Assembly: GCF_963921235.1 (NCBI RefSeq)
Contig: NC_086109.1
Coordinates: forward strand, 8,806,001 to 8,870,000
Length of the DNA: 64,000 nt
DNA from: Mobula hypostoma
Taxonomy: Eukaryota
Direction of reading: 5' to 3'
Position numbers and translations under genes: made by a program
Shown here: positions 22,501-36,186 of the stretch, in pieces
How the letters are laid out: every line of letters begins with the position of its first letter
Position numbering within the stretch: position 1 is the stretch's first letter
The notes under the pieces: model-generated
Databases searched by the model: none
Seen by the model: the letters and a program-made list of their open reading frames with translations, nothing else
Told to the model about the DNA's origin: nothing

Positions 22501-25500
22501 TTAGGCCAGGGTTACATTGCTGAGTGGCTCAAAGGGCCAAAAACGCCTGGAATAAAGAGTCAACGTTTTAGGCCGAGGCTGGGCAGGAAGGGGAGAAGGA
22601 GATGGGAGGAAAAGGAGTACAAGCTGGCAGGTGATAGGTGAGACCTGGTGAGGGTGGGGCAGGAGAATGAAGTAAGAAACTGGGAGGTGAGAGCTGGAAA
22701 AGGTAAAGGGCTGGAGAAAAGGGAATCTGACAGGAGAGGCGAGTGGACTGGGGGAGAAAGGGAAGGAGGGAGTTGCGGAAAAGAAAAGTAGTGAGAGCGG
22801 AGGGGGGATTGGAAAAAGAGACGAGGTGGAGTGGGGGAGAAATATAATGTGTGATACGTTGACACTTGAAGCCAGGTATTGAGTCGATGGGTGTGGTCAC
22901 TTGGAGCACAAATGTGTGAAGCTGTTTCACAGGGTTTGTCTCTTGGGTCTGCTCAACATCTGATCTTAATCCCTCTCCAAGATTCCCTTAATCCACAATT
23001 CCCATAAAAATAAGCCTGCCCTGGGCTCCACAGAATTCCAACAATTCATAACACTTCAAGCGCACTTCCTCCTCATCTGTTCCACGCGTAATACCTTCTT
23101 GCAAGTCCCCCGATCTTTGTAGTCCTGATTCCTGACCGTCCGAGTCTTGGAGCAGCTAATGGAGTGGACCTGTGATGGTCACTGAGTCCACGCGGACACA
23201 GGTTCAAGTCTGACTGAGCATGCTGATGGCACGGCGTGTGTTCGATGCTGTGCAGCGGTAAGTGTGCAGTTGTGATGCAGCATTCCCTGGATCCTGATTA
23301 GTCCTGCGTGTTTCCAACTTTGGATAAAACTCTAAATCTCTGCAGTTGTTCCATTGATAACACGTTTTCTCGAAATGTTGGGGAGTAAAAACAAAAAAGT
23401 GTAGGGTTCTGCATCGCAGGTAAGTAATTACTAAAAAACATGTCTGCTCCGGTAATACTGACTTCTGCAGGATTTCTGGAGATGTCCTACACAAAATCAG
23501 CCATAAATTACATAGACTTGTAGAGTCATGGAGTACTACCGCTCAGAAATAGGCCCTTCAACCCATCTGGTCCTTGCCAAACTTGTTCTTCCTGGTCCCA
23601 ATGACCTGCATCTGGTACCATCGTCCTCCATACCACTCCCGTCCAAGTACTTGGGCAAAGCTCCCTTAAATGTTGAAAAATCAAACCTGCATCCACCATT
23701 CCTGCTTATTCCACACCAGCAGTATCCTCTGAGTGAGAAATTTCGCCTTCATGTTCCCCTTAAACATTTCACCTTTCACCCTTAACCCATGACCTCTAGT
23801 TCGAGTCTCACCCGACCTGAGTGGGGAAAGCCTGCTTGTGTTTACCCCTATCCATTCCCCTCATAAATTAACATAATGACTTGTGGCATTCCCAGGAGAG
23901 GCTGTAGAGTGTTCTGTGGTATTTAGAAGAATGAGGGTGAACTAATTCAAATATAGAAGATTAAAAGGGAGCTTGGAGGGGTAGATTTTTGGTTGCTTTC
24001 ACTAGTGTAAGAGAATGCAGAATCAGGTTTATTTTCACTGACGTGACGTGAAAACTGACTGTGCAAAAATAGAAAAATGACTATAAAGTACAATAACTAG
24101 TAACTAGTCCCAGAGTACATGATGAATAAACTTTTTTCAAGCTTCTAGCCGAGTTACAATCGATACCTGTACCCAGCTGGAAGCCCAAGAAGAGCTTATT
24201 TGTAGTACAAGGTAGTGGTCATGAACTGTTCAGAAATTTGATAGCAGAGGGGAAGAAGTTGTTCCTTAAACATTCACAGGCTCCTGTACCCCCTCCCTGA
24301 TGGTAATATTGAGAGGTGGGCATGTCCCAGATGCTGAGGGTCCGTTATGATCCTGACAAAAGCAGTCAGAGGAAGAACGTGCAAACTCCACACGGACACT
24401 CAGTGTCCACTTTATTAGGTACACCTTGTTAATGCAAGTATCTGATGTGGCAGCAGCTCAATGCATGAAAGCATGCAGGCATGGTCAAGAGGTTCAGTTG
24501 TTCAGACCAAACATCAGAACGGGGAAGAAATGTGATCTAAGTGGGACTACGATTGCTGGTGCCAGGTGGGCTGGTTTGAGTATCTCCCAAACTGCTGATC
24601 TCCTGGGATTTTCTCATGCAGCTCTCTAGAGCTTTCAGAGAATGATGTGAAAAGCGAAAACCATCCCATGAGCACAGTTTGAGAATTTTGTGCTGAGGCC
24701 TGCCTGCAACTGTCACTGTGCTTACAGCGCAAACAGCATTTTTAGACAATAGGTGCAGGAGTAGGCCATTTGGCCCTTCGAGCCAGCACCACCATTCACT
24801 GTGATCATGGCTTTCATCTAAACCATATTGAGAAGTTGAATATTTATGATGAAATACTTTTTAAATATTCTGAGTGGTTTGGGGTTGTCTTGGAATTGGT
24901 AGGGTACAAGTTGAGGCCCTGAATTTAACTGCTCCAGATCCTGGATCACGTGAGTCTCATCCTTTGTCCAACACTTGTGAAGTATGATGAGGGACTGCAC
25001 TGTAAAGTTTCACGTCTTTGTGGATCCAGTCGTGATCTCAAAGTTTAAAACATCCCATGACACAGTTGAGAGCAACACAACCTCTTTTTTTTCACAGCTG
25101 CGCGGACCAACCATCACTCTGAGCAGGAAAATTTACGCGGCCTGAAAGCTGTGCGGCAGTTTAATAAAATATTATATAAAAGAAAATTCCAGCTATGCAG
25201 GAGCGTTTCAGTTACTTGGAGCAGGGGCTCTCAACTTTTTTTATGCCATGGACCAATAAACATAAGAAAGGGGTCGATGGGGAACCCCTGACTTAGGGGA
25301 AGCACCTGGGGTTCTCTGGAACACGAGAGATGCCGATGAAAGGTCCGAAACGTAAATGGCTTTCTCCCCTCCGGAGATGCTGAGTTCCTCCAACGTTCTG
25401 TGTGATAGTCTCCCTGATGTTGCAGGTACCGTTCATCCCTCAGCTGAAGTGCTTCACCTTGAAGTGAGCCACGTGTGGAGTCATTGTTCTCTTGAGGAGC

Positions 25501-26825
25501 TGTGTAGGAGAGATTAGGGATTTCTTGCGATTTTAAGGTCAATGATCTTTAAATTGAAGTTTTCAAGATATTAAGGGGAGCTAATGGTGGGCAGTGAAAA
25601 GGTTGAGATAAGAGTATATGTGGAGAGGATGTTTCCTATTTTTGGTGAGTAGCACCAGTGGGAACGGACTCAGAACAGAAGGACGTCCCTTTAGAACAGC
25701 GACGAGGAGGAATTTCTTTAGCCAGAGGGTGGTGAATCTGTGGAATTCATTGCTTCAGATGGCTGGTGGAGGCCAAGTCACTGTGTATGCTTAATTCAGA
25801 GGTTGATAGATTCTTGATTGGTCGGGGCATGAAGGAATTCGGGGAGAAGGCAGGAGACTGGGGCTGAGAGGGAAGTGGATCAGCCATGATGAAATGGCGG
25901 AGCAGACTCGATGGGCCAAATGGCCTAATTCTGCTCCTGCGTCTTAGGGTCTAAATGCTTCATTTGCATCAGCGGCCAGCGCAGTTCGGGAATTGTGCTG
26001 AGGGCAGCCTGCGAGTGTCACCGTGTTCACAGCGCAAAGGGTACGCCAACTACTAACCCTAACCCAGGTGTGGGAGGAAACCGGAGCACCCAGAGGAAAC
26101 CCACTGTCACGGGGAGAAGGTGCAAGCTCCTTGCAGGCAGTGGCGGGAATTGAACCTGGGTCGCTGGTACTGTAACACGTTACGCTAATCACTGCACTAC
26201 TGTACCTCTCCTTTGTCTGCCTAATGTGTAATAGTGCATATTAGAACTAAAATTGGGAAATACTGTTAATAGCTTGCAAATAGTGAGACTCTGCACTGTA
26301 AATTGCACAAAATTGGTTTATTATATCTTGTATCTCCAAGCCCCTCCCCGGCACGTACCTGTCCAAGGATGCTATTATACTTGACTCGACCACTATCGAG
26401 AAATAAGTATCTGTGTCCTCTTGCTGTGGTAACTCAACTCGTACATGGAAGAATTTGCCCCTCGGGTCCCTTTTCAAGTCTTCCTCCTCTCGTCCTAAAC
26501 TTCTGCTCCCTAGTTTTGGGCTTCCTTACTCGGCGGAAAAGGCTGTCCCTCAGTGGTTCATCTCGCACTGGTCGAGCAAGTTAATGCGAGGTAAGAGCGG
26601 CCGAGAGGAAGTTTGGGGAAGACGTGGTCAGCAGGGCGCAGATTACGATGCTGCCACCAGTGAGAGTCACAAGAATGGGCGGGTCGTGCTAACAGACCAC
26701 GATGGGCGGGAGCAGTAGATGAGAAGCAGTTGTGGACGAGGTGAGAGTTGATTGATAAGGGGACGAGTATATCGACAAACCCTATCCTAACAAACCGTGG
26801 GGAATCTTAGCATTTAGTCAGTGTT

Positions 26826-27226
26826 TACTTACTGCGCGTTACACGGCTGGCGTTTAGGGCGGCAGTGAAGGTGTTCTATCTCTGGTGGTGCTCAGGGCCT
26901 CCTTCCTCGTGTCGGTAGCTTCCTCTCGGTTTTCACTACCGTCGGTCAGGCAAGTCCTGGGCAGAGACGGTCACACTCAGGTGTAGAAGGATTCCTTATT
27001 GCTGTTTCCGTAACCATTCTGTCTTACCAGTCAGGGTTGTTAGCCCTGAGATGAACCCACGAACCTGGTGGACCACTCTGGCCTCTACCCTTCGACCTGC
27101 CCGGCATGGGTAACCCCACCAAGAGCCAAAGCATAAAGGCCTGACTCCAGCCAACGTAGCTCTGCGGGTCTTTGAGGCACGCAAGCCTCCAAACCCAACG
27201 ACGAGGTTGCAGTCCTCTTGGAGGAC
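26826..27226 (-). mobile_element. RTE (Expander/Rex3-like) non-autonomous element
   Basis: Minus-strand 5' end resembles RTE 5' UTRs (..GGAGGCTTGCGTGCCTC..GAGCTACGTTG..); (AGTA)n tail. Confidence 0.5.
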
Positions 27227-30200
27227 ATCCGTGTTTGAAGAGTACATAATATTTAAAGATATTAGCTTTATTTGTCACGTGTGCGTCAAAGCATAAAATG
27301 TATTGTTCTGCGTCAACGGCCAACACAGTCCGAGGATGTGCTGGGGGCAGCCCGCACGCGTCACCACACTAACAATGCCCACAACTCACTAACCCTAACC
27401 CGTGTTGGAAGCAGAGCATCCAGACTATAGGAGAACAGGCAAACCTCCTTACAGACAAAGGTTAGAGTCGAGCCCGACCTTACCGCTGGTGCTGTAAGGC
27501 GTTACGGCGACTGTTATCGCAACAGTCGTCCTCAGAGCTTGCCACGCTAATGTGTCAGTTTGATTTTGCTCAGTAAAGCTCCCGGGAGTCTTGCAAAGGA
27601 GAAATATAAGGGAATCCCTCAGTGTGCAGAAATGCCTCACCAGGACCCCTGACAGTTGAACTTTGCAACTCTTCAGTTGGTGGATAGGGTCGTACGGGCT
27701 GGCAGAATAGCTTGGATGTCAGTGGCTTTGAGCTGTATATCTGTGGCTCTTGAAATGTGTAAAAGGCAATCTGTATAGCCTTTATCCTTTCATATATCTG
27801 CAACCCATTCCTGGTATCTTTAGTCATTTTAAAAGTTGGTTTTGCGGGCCAGTGTATGGCATGATTTTCCCACGCTCAGTCTAAATGAGACTCGGTACGA
27901 CTGTTCCTGTTGTTGCACATCACCAGATGCTTCTGAGCCTAGCGTCACGTTCAGATTCGCGCTGAATGTAAATTTAACCTTGGCGAAAAATGATTTGTCA
28001 TTACATTCTGCCCTCTCCGTCATAGAGCAGGGATGGTGCATTGTGTTCATTACAACCTTTCATCCCGTCTCCACCACCTTCCCCCAATTCTTCCTAGTTC
28101 CACACTTGCCCCTCGTTCAGTACACTCATCCCATGTCACGACGCGTGTTGTCCTTGAGATGTGAGTGGTCTTTAGCCCCCCCCTTGCCCCTCAGTGAGGG
28201 GAAACACTGGCACCCTTCCCTCCCACCGTGAACACTGGCACCCTTCCCTCCCACCGTGTCCTGGGACTAACTGAGCTCCTTTCTTGATGGGATGGGTTCC
28301 CAGTGCTCCTGTGCCCCAGCATAGTTGGACGGCAAAGCCCGCCGCATGTCGGTGCTGTGATACAAAGGAGTCCATGACACGTCGGCCAAAAGTGAGCACG
28401 GCGTCAGGGTCGTATGGTAGCGTGGTGGTTAGCCTAATGCTTAGTTCCCCAGCCTGGACTAATGATCAGGATTGTAAGTTTGATTCCCTGTGGCCAAAGG
28501 GAATGTATATTCAGTAGATTAAACATATAGAATTTTTTTAAACCATCTTTGTGACAGTAAGGTGATTGAGTCTGAACTGTCCTGGTTATCTTTCCTTTGT
28601 TCCAAAGGAACCCTGTAAAGGGGCAGCTCATCAGCGCCTCCTACAGGTAGTACCGGCAGTGATGGTAAATCGGTTTATTGTTGCCGCAGGTACCCAGGTA
28701 CAGTGCAAGAACTTGTCTTGTGCACCATCAGAGTCATGTTTATCATCAGTGACATGTCGTGAAATTTGTTTTGTGGCAGCAGTACAGTGCAATGCATCAA
28801 AAAGTTACAATAAGAAAAATATAAAATAAACAAGCAGCGTGGCAGGGTAACCTAGTGGTTAGCACGAACAGGCAACCTGCGTTCAGTTCCCGTCACTGCC
28901 TGTAAGGAGTTTGTACGTTCTCCCCGTGACCGCATGGGTTTCCTCCCGCAGTCCAAAGACGTGCCGGTTGGTAGGTTAATTGCTCATTGTAAGTTGTCCT
29001 GTGATTAGGCCAGGGTTAAAATTGAGCGGTTGCTGGGCAACACAACGCAAGGGCCTGTTCTGCGGTGTATCTCAAAAATGATTTAAAAATAGGTTAGCGT
29101 TCATAGGTTCAGGGTCTGTTTGGAAATCTGATGGCGGAAGGGAAGAAGCAGTTCCTTAAACTTTGAATGGGCATCTTCGGGCTCCTGTACCTCCTCTCTG
29201 ATGGTAGTAATAAGAAGAGGGCCTATCCTGGGTGGTGGTGGTGGTAGAGGGCCTTAATAATGGATGCCGCCTTTTTGAGGCATTGCTCATTGAAGATGTC
29301 CTCGCTGCTGGGGTGGCTAGTGCCCATGATGGAGCCAGCTGAGATCAATGCACATAGATCATTTCGTTGAATTGGTTTATTGGTGTCTCACGTACTGAGG
29401 TTCAAGCTTGTCTTGGATAGTGTCCCCACAGATCAATTCGTTACGCCAGTGCATTGGGGTGGTACAAGGTAAAACAGTAACAGAATGCAGAATTTACAAA
29501 GTGGAGTGCAGGTAGACAATGAGGGGCAGGGCAGAGGCGAGGAGTCCATTTTATCACACGAAGAGTCTCTTCTAAAGCCGATGCTCATCTTGGGCAGAAG
29601 CCTCCGTAGTACCCAGGACATCTCCAAGGAGCAATGCCTCAAAAAGGTGACATCCATCACTAAGGACCCCATCACTCAGGACATGCCCTCTTCTCATTGC
29701 TACCATCAGAAAGGAGGTACAAAAGCCCGAAGGCACACACTCAACGATTCAGAAGCAACTTCGTCCCTCTACAATCCGATTTCTGAATGGACATTGAACC
29801 CATGAACACTATCTCCCTACTTTTTATTTCTGTGTTTGCACTAAGTATTTGATTTAACTAGTATATATCTTTACTGTAATTAAGTTTTTTTCTAATGTAT
29901 TGCACTGCTGGAAAGTCAATAAATTTCACGACATGCGCTGGTGCTATTAATTCTGATTCTGACGGGGTTAGAGGTTGTCCTTGAGCCTCGTGGTAGGTGC
30001 TTTCAGGCTTTTGTATCTTCTGCCTGATTTGGGAGTGGTCCTGCTTCTTTACTGATGCGGCAAGAACTAAAGGCAGAGTTGATGGAGGGGGAGTCAGTCC
30101 TGATGAAGGGTCTCTGCCTGAAACCGTTCACTCTTTTTCCATCGCTGCTGCTTGGCCTGCTGAGCTCCTCCAGCATTTTGCGTGTGTGGCGTTAATTTCC

Positions 30201-32373
30201 AGCGTCTCTGGTTGGCCACTGGAGGGGCGGCTGGTCTCTGTGCCATAGGCACAGTTCAGCACAACCCTCTGCAGTTTCTCCTAGTCTTGGGCAGACAGGT
30301 TTCCATACCAAGCCATGATGCATCTGGGTGGAATGTTCCCTCTTGTGCATTACACACAACTTCCCGCGGGGGGGGCGGTGAAATTACTAACATTAATCAT
30401 ATTATGGAAATCCAAAAGGTAGCTGCTGAAACTTTTGAATGAACAACAACACGCATTTGGAAATGTGAAACAGTGCCTTATTTCGTCGGTTTAACCAGGC
30501 TTGGAAGGCTTTGTCAATGGCAGACGTGTTACATTGGGAATTCCTTGCTGGAAGGGTTGGCAGAATTGAGGCTGGTTTGCAAAGCAGGTAGCTGGGGGGT
30601 CAGAACTATTAATGGAGTACTCTTTGTCATCACATCAGGTTGGGGGCAAGGGTGTAGGAGTGTGTCGATGAAAATTAAAAAAAAACACTAGATCAGGGGT
30701 TCCCAATTTTTTTTATGCCATGGACCAATACCATTAAACGAGGGGTCCATTGATCCCTGGTTGGGAACCCCTGTATAGGTGCTGCAAATCTAAAATAAAA
30801 ATTAAATGCTGGAAATACTCAGCAGGTTGGGCAGCATCTGTGGGATGAAAAATAGAAACCTTAGTCAATATTTCAGGTCAAAGTGGAGAAAAAAAATTAG
30901 CCATGGTGGAGCAGTCTCAATGGGCTGAATGGCCTAATTTAGCTCCTGTATTTCAAGACAAAGGCTCGGAGTGGGTTGAAAAATAAATCGGCCGTGATCG
31001 AATGGTGGAGTGGACTCAATAGGCTAGATGGACTAATTTTGCTCCTATGTCTTGTGGTTACAACTAGGAAGGGGTTCAAAAACTGAAGGGAAGGTTGGAG
31101 ATGGTGGCAGGGGGGTGGGTTTGATGTCTCTTGAAAGGGTAGCATCAGGAAAAAGCTGTAAGCAAGGTTAGAGTGAGAACATGGACAACAGAATGCAGGA
31201 GTTGTGAAATGCAGAGCAGGGAGATGTGCCTGGCCACTCAGGCTGAGCATCTGCTCCACTCCTAGAGAGGGGAAAAAAATAGTGCCGTGTAGAGGGAGGG
31301 GTGAATAAAACAGCAAACAAGACTGAACCACTATCACTGCTGGATGACTGGTACAGACAGAACTCTCCTGTTAGCTGAAGCTTAGACTTCAGTGTTAAAC
31401 CCAGAAAGCAATGGCATGCCCAGATGGCGGGTGAGAGGCTCTTCCTCGAGTTTGCCATGAAGACCACAGAGAGGATGGGAGAGGGACGGGGAATTAAGGT
31501 GGCAGCAACAGGGTGTGGGAGGAAACGGCGGCACGTGGGCAGAACGTGCAGACTCCACGCAGGAAGCACCCGAGCTTGGGATCAAACCCGGAGTATTTGA
31601 GGAGCCCCACTGTGGTAGGTGGGCATTGCATAGTATCAGTTATAGCAGATTAGACATTAAAGTTCAAGGTAAACTTTATTATCAGACTACGTACATGTCA
31701 CCACATACAACCCTGAGATTCTTTTTCTGCAGGCATACTTAGCAAATCTATAGAACAGTAACTACAAACATCAGGAGCTGCTAACTGTGTGCAAATACAG
31801 ATATAAATAAATTGCAATAAAAAATGAGCATGAAATAACAATATAGGAGTCCTTAAATGAGTGTAGCTATCCCCTTTTGTTCAAGAGCCTGATGGTTGAG
31901 GGCTAGTACCTGGTGGTGCGAGTTCTGAGGATCCTGTACCTTCTACCTGATGGCAGCAGTGAGAAGGAGCATGGCCTGGGTGGTGAGGATTTCTGATGGA
32001 TGCTGATTTTCTATGCCAATATTTCATGTAAATGTGCTCAGTGGTTGGGAGGGCTTTACCCGTGATGTACTGGGATTTTCTACTCAACGGCACTGGTGTT
32101 CCATACCAGGCCCGCAGGCAGCCAGTCAGCACACTTTCCACCACACACCTATAGAAGTTTGCCAGGGTTTTCAATATCGTGCCAAACCTCCGCAGACTCC
32201 TGAGGAAGTAGAGGTGCTGCCGTGCTTTTTTCACAATTATATTTACAGGAAGACATTAGTTGAAGACGACCAAATCGTGTGCTGATATGATTATTCACAA
32301 GAAGCTTTGAGACTTTGTTATAGCGGCCAGTAACAAGTATTTTTTTTTTGTTTGTTTGTTTTGTCTTCCTCAG

Positions 32374-32533
32374 GACTGGGAGATAGTTGTCCTTGGGAAA
32401 CTGAAATGGGACCTGTCTGTGACAACTCCAAATGACTTCATTGAACACATCCTCGGGAAGCTGTCGTTTCTAGCGGACCACCTGGAACTTATCAAGAAAC
32501 ACACTCAAACGTTCATCGCCATGTGTGCCACAG
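32374..32533 (+). CDS. ccnd3: Cyclin D coding exon 3
   Basis: Long pyrimidine tract + cag/ [53 protein letters not shown](D) /gtatgg; 160 nt, ends phase 1. Confidence 0.9.
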
Positions 32534-33626
32534 GTATGGAGTTGTTGACCGCCTGCCTTTGCAGGGAAGGAGGAAGCTAAGTGTGAATGTAGAGATTAAG
32601 AGACCAGTTCTTTTAGAGTCAAGCCCGATGATAACCAAGTGTGCCGAGAGCAGGTAACCTGGTGATGAAAACCTTGGCTGCAGTGTTATTTGTTTATTTA
32701 TTGAGATACAACACGGAATAGGCCCTTGGAGCTGCGTCACCCAGCAAACCCCCAACTTAACCCCAGCCTAATCACGGGACAATTTACAATGACCAATTAA
32801 CGGACCATCCGGTAAGTCTTTGGACTGTGGGAGCCACCCGGAGGAAACCCAGGCGTTCGCGGTTATAACGTACAAACCCCTTAGGGGCAGCGGCAGGAAT
32901 TGAACCGGGGTCGCTGGTACAGTAAAGCATCGTGCTGACTACAGCGCTACCGTGCCACCGCGCGGGCGGGTAGATAGAGACGATGCGCAGTATAGAGTTG
33001 TACATAAATTACTGCTTAAGCTGTTTTAAGGCAACGAAGGAGAAAAAAAAGTGCAAAAGCAAACTAGAATCGGAGACAAATCCATGGTACGCAAGAAGCG
33101 GTCAAAAGAAAACGCTTACTTACTGCAATACTATGGGCACGGATAAGTAGAATTCACAAGAAAGACAACATAAGCATAAATCATACATAATCCTTGCAAG
33201 AAAATCAGTTAGAAGAAGAAAAAACAATTTTAGTGCACAGTGGTCGTAGTGTTGCTAAAGTGTAGTTTTAGGCTTGTGCTGGTGGGTTCAAGAACTGAAT
33301 GGTTGAAGGAAGTAGCTGTTCCTGAACCTTTTGGTCTGGACTTTGAGACTTTTTTTTTTACCTCCTGCCCGATCGTAGTGATGAGAAGAGAGGATGTCCT
33401 GTGTGGTCACGGTTCTCAGTGATGGACGCCAGCATTTCTGTGAAATTGTGTTTTTTCATCATCTTTTAAAAAGTTTATTGAATAGATAAATCAACTGTTG
33501 ATCGCTGTAAGGTAAATCGTCATCATCAGCGTTATCTGGGGGCAAAGCAGGTGCTACACCTTGCCCAAGGGTGACCTGCAGGCTGGCAGAGGGAAGGAGT
33601 GCCTTTCACCTCCTCTGCTAGAGATG

Positions 33627-34098
33627 CCAGTGCTATCGTGTTTGCTGTTGTGTGCTGGGGCTGAGGGTAGCAGACACCAACAGAATCAACAAACTCATTC
33701 GTAAGGCCAGTGATGTTGTGGGGATGGAACTGGACTCTCTGACGGTGGTGTCTGAAAAGAGGATGCTGTCCAAGTTGCATGCCATCTTGGACAATGTCTC
33801 CCATCCACTACATAATGTACTGGGTGGACACAGGAGTACATTCAGCCAGAGACTCATTCCACTGAGATGCAGCACAGAGCGTCATAGGAAGTCATTCCTG
33901 CCTGTGGCCATCAAACTTTACAACTCCTCCCTTGGAGGTCGGACACCCTGAGCCAACAGGCTGGTCCTGGACTTATTTCCTGGCATAATTTACATATTAC
34001 TACTTAATTATTTATGGTTTTATTACTATTTAATTATTTATGGTGCAACTGTAACGAAAACCAATTTCCCCCGGGATCAATAAAGTATGACTGTGACT
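33627..34098 (+). mobile_element. Rex1/Babar LINE 3' fragment nested in a Vingi-like element
   Basis: DTNRINKLIRKASDVVG..RMLSKLHAILDNVSHPLH..CSTERHRKSFLPVAIKLYN; AATAAA + TGACT tail; host sequence AGAGATG|ATGTATCTCC resumes. Confidence 0.8.
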
Positions 34099-36043
34099 AT
34101 GTATCTCCATCCTGCTGGAAGGTACAGCTCGCCTGAAGTTGGGACTGATGATTACAGTCACAAAAAAAATATGCAACCATGGACCCATTCACTCCACTGC
34201 CCAGCACGTACAATGGGTAACCAGGATTTGCTAGCTCAAGAGTTCCCAACCTTTCCTATGCCATGGACCTTATCATTAACTATCATTAACTGATCATTAA
34301 CTATCATTCGGGTGAGTTATTCACGTGCACTCTTTGGGACTGTTTCAACAAAATCAGTCAGAATGTGAGCACAAAGGATTCTGCTTGTCTCGGCCCGAAG
34401 CCTCCATAGTTTACTTCCCTCCATGGACGCTGCCTGACATGTTGAGTTCCTCCAGTATTTTGTGCCTGTCAGTTAACACACACAGGCAGTGGAGGAGCTC
34501 TGCAGGTCAGAGGATGGATGATGTGTAAATATGTCTCAACCAAAGGAGGTGTAAGGCACTCCTTCCCTCCGCTAGCCTGCAGGTCACCCTTGGGCAAGAT
34601 GTAGCACCAGCTTAGCCCCCCTGATCAGGGTCACGTGGAACCATGGGGGCAGGTGGTGGATATCGCAAGTCCTGGTTATGCGACCACTGACGCCAGGCAG
34701 ACAGTCTCTGAAGAGTATCGATAATGGCTGGGGTCACCCGTCTTGTAAAGACACTGCCCCAGAAGGTAACAGCAAACAACTTCTGCAGACAAATTTGCCA
34801 AGAATAATCATGGTCATGGAAAGGCCATGATCGCCCACGTCATGCGACACAGTACATAATGAACGAAGAGCAGGTCAGGCAAGCATCTGTGCGGGTAATG
34901 GGCAGTCGATGGTTCACAGGACTGGGGGCGGGTGGGGAAGATGGGAGATAGCCATTGTAAAGAGGTGGATGGAAGGGGTGGAGTGAGAACTGGTGGGTGA
35001 TGTGTGGATCCAAGTGAGGGGTGGAGTGGTGATAATCACAATCAGTTTAATATCACTGGGATGTGTGAAGTTTATAGTTCTACAGTAGCAGCACATTGCA
35101 ATACATATTTTTTTTAAAAACTACAAGTTACAATGAGAAATATGTATTAAAATTTTAAATTAAATAAGGCTGCATTGTCCATTCAGAGATCTGATGACAA
35201 CAAGAAGACACAGCAGTGTCTGCACTTCCCAAGGAGATTGAGGAAAGTGAGGCTCCCCCCCCCCCCGCCCCACCATCTTAACTGCATTTTATAGGAGCAC
35301 CATTGAGAGTGTCCTGACAAGTTGTATCTCCATCTGGTACGGGAGCAGCCGAGCATCAGACCAGGAGTCCCTCCAAAGGACTGTGAGAACAGCCGAGAGG
35401 ATCATGGGGGTCTCCCCACCATCGCGTACATAGGGCCCTTAGTATTATCGAGGATCCCACCCAACCATCCAGCATCCTCTTTGATGTTCTACCATCAGAC
35501 AGGAGACTCGGATGCATGAAAACAAAGGAGCAGTTTCCAGACAGTGTGAGCTTCTCTGTGATAAGCTGGTGGACATCAGCTGCTGAGGGTGTGATTAGTT
35601 TATCCTGGGGTTACTTCAGGCTTGGGGGCGCCAAAGTGGTGCAACTGCGTTACAGCGCTTGCGACCCTCGATTGGGGTTTGATTCCCTCCGCTGCTCTGT
35701 GAGGAGTTCGTATGTTCTACCCTTAACTGTCTGGGTTCCCCCCGGGTGCTCTGGTTTCCTCCCACATTCTAGCGACGTATGGGTTACTGGTGGGGTTCAC
35801 AACCTTTTTTACGCCACGGACCAATACCATTAAGCAAGAGCTCCGTGGATCCCAGGTTGGGAACCTCCAGGAGTTGGGGGGGGGTTGCGGGCTGCCTCTG
35901 CACCCCTTCGCTAGCTGGGTTCGACACAAACAACTCCTTTTGATGTGCATGTCATCACTGTTGAAAAGAAAATCTTTACAGTTCTTGGGGGGGGGGGCGG
36001 TGAGGTGAAACGTACAGTGACCCTCTGTGTGGCCCTGTTTCAG

Positions 36044-36186
36044 ATTTTAATTTTGCCATGTACCCGCCGTCAATGATCGCGACCGGGAGCATCGCTGCAG
36101 CGATCCGTGGCCTCGACATCACGTGCAGTGACCCCTCGGGGGAATCTGTGACAGAGCTGCTAGCCAAGATTACCTGTACCGAGCTG
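36044..36186 (+). CDS. ccnd3: Cyclin D coding exon 4
   Basis: tttcag/ (D)[47 protein letters not shown] /gtgagt; 143 nt, phase 1 to 0; not in the supplied ORF track. Confidence 0.9.

Noticed and set aside
28203..28258. Perfect 28-bp tandem duplication (also short repeats at ~34272-34308)
   Set aside because: Real but consistent with ordinary slippage; no sign of function
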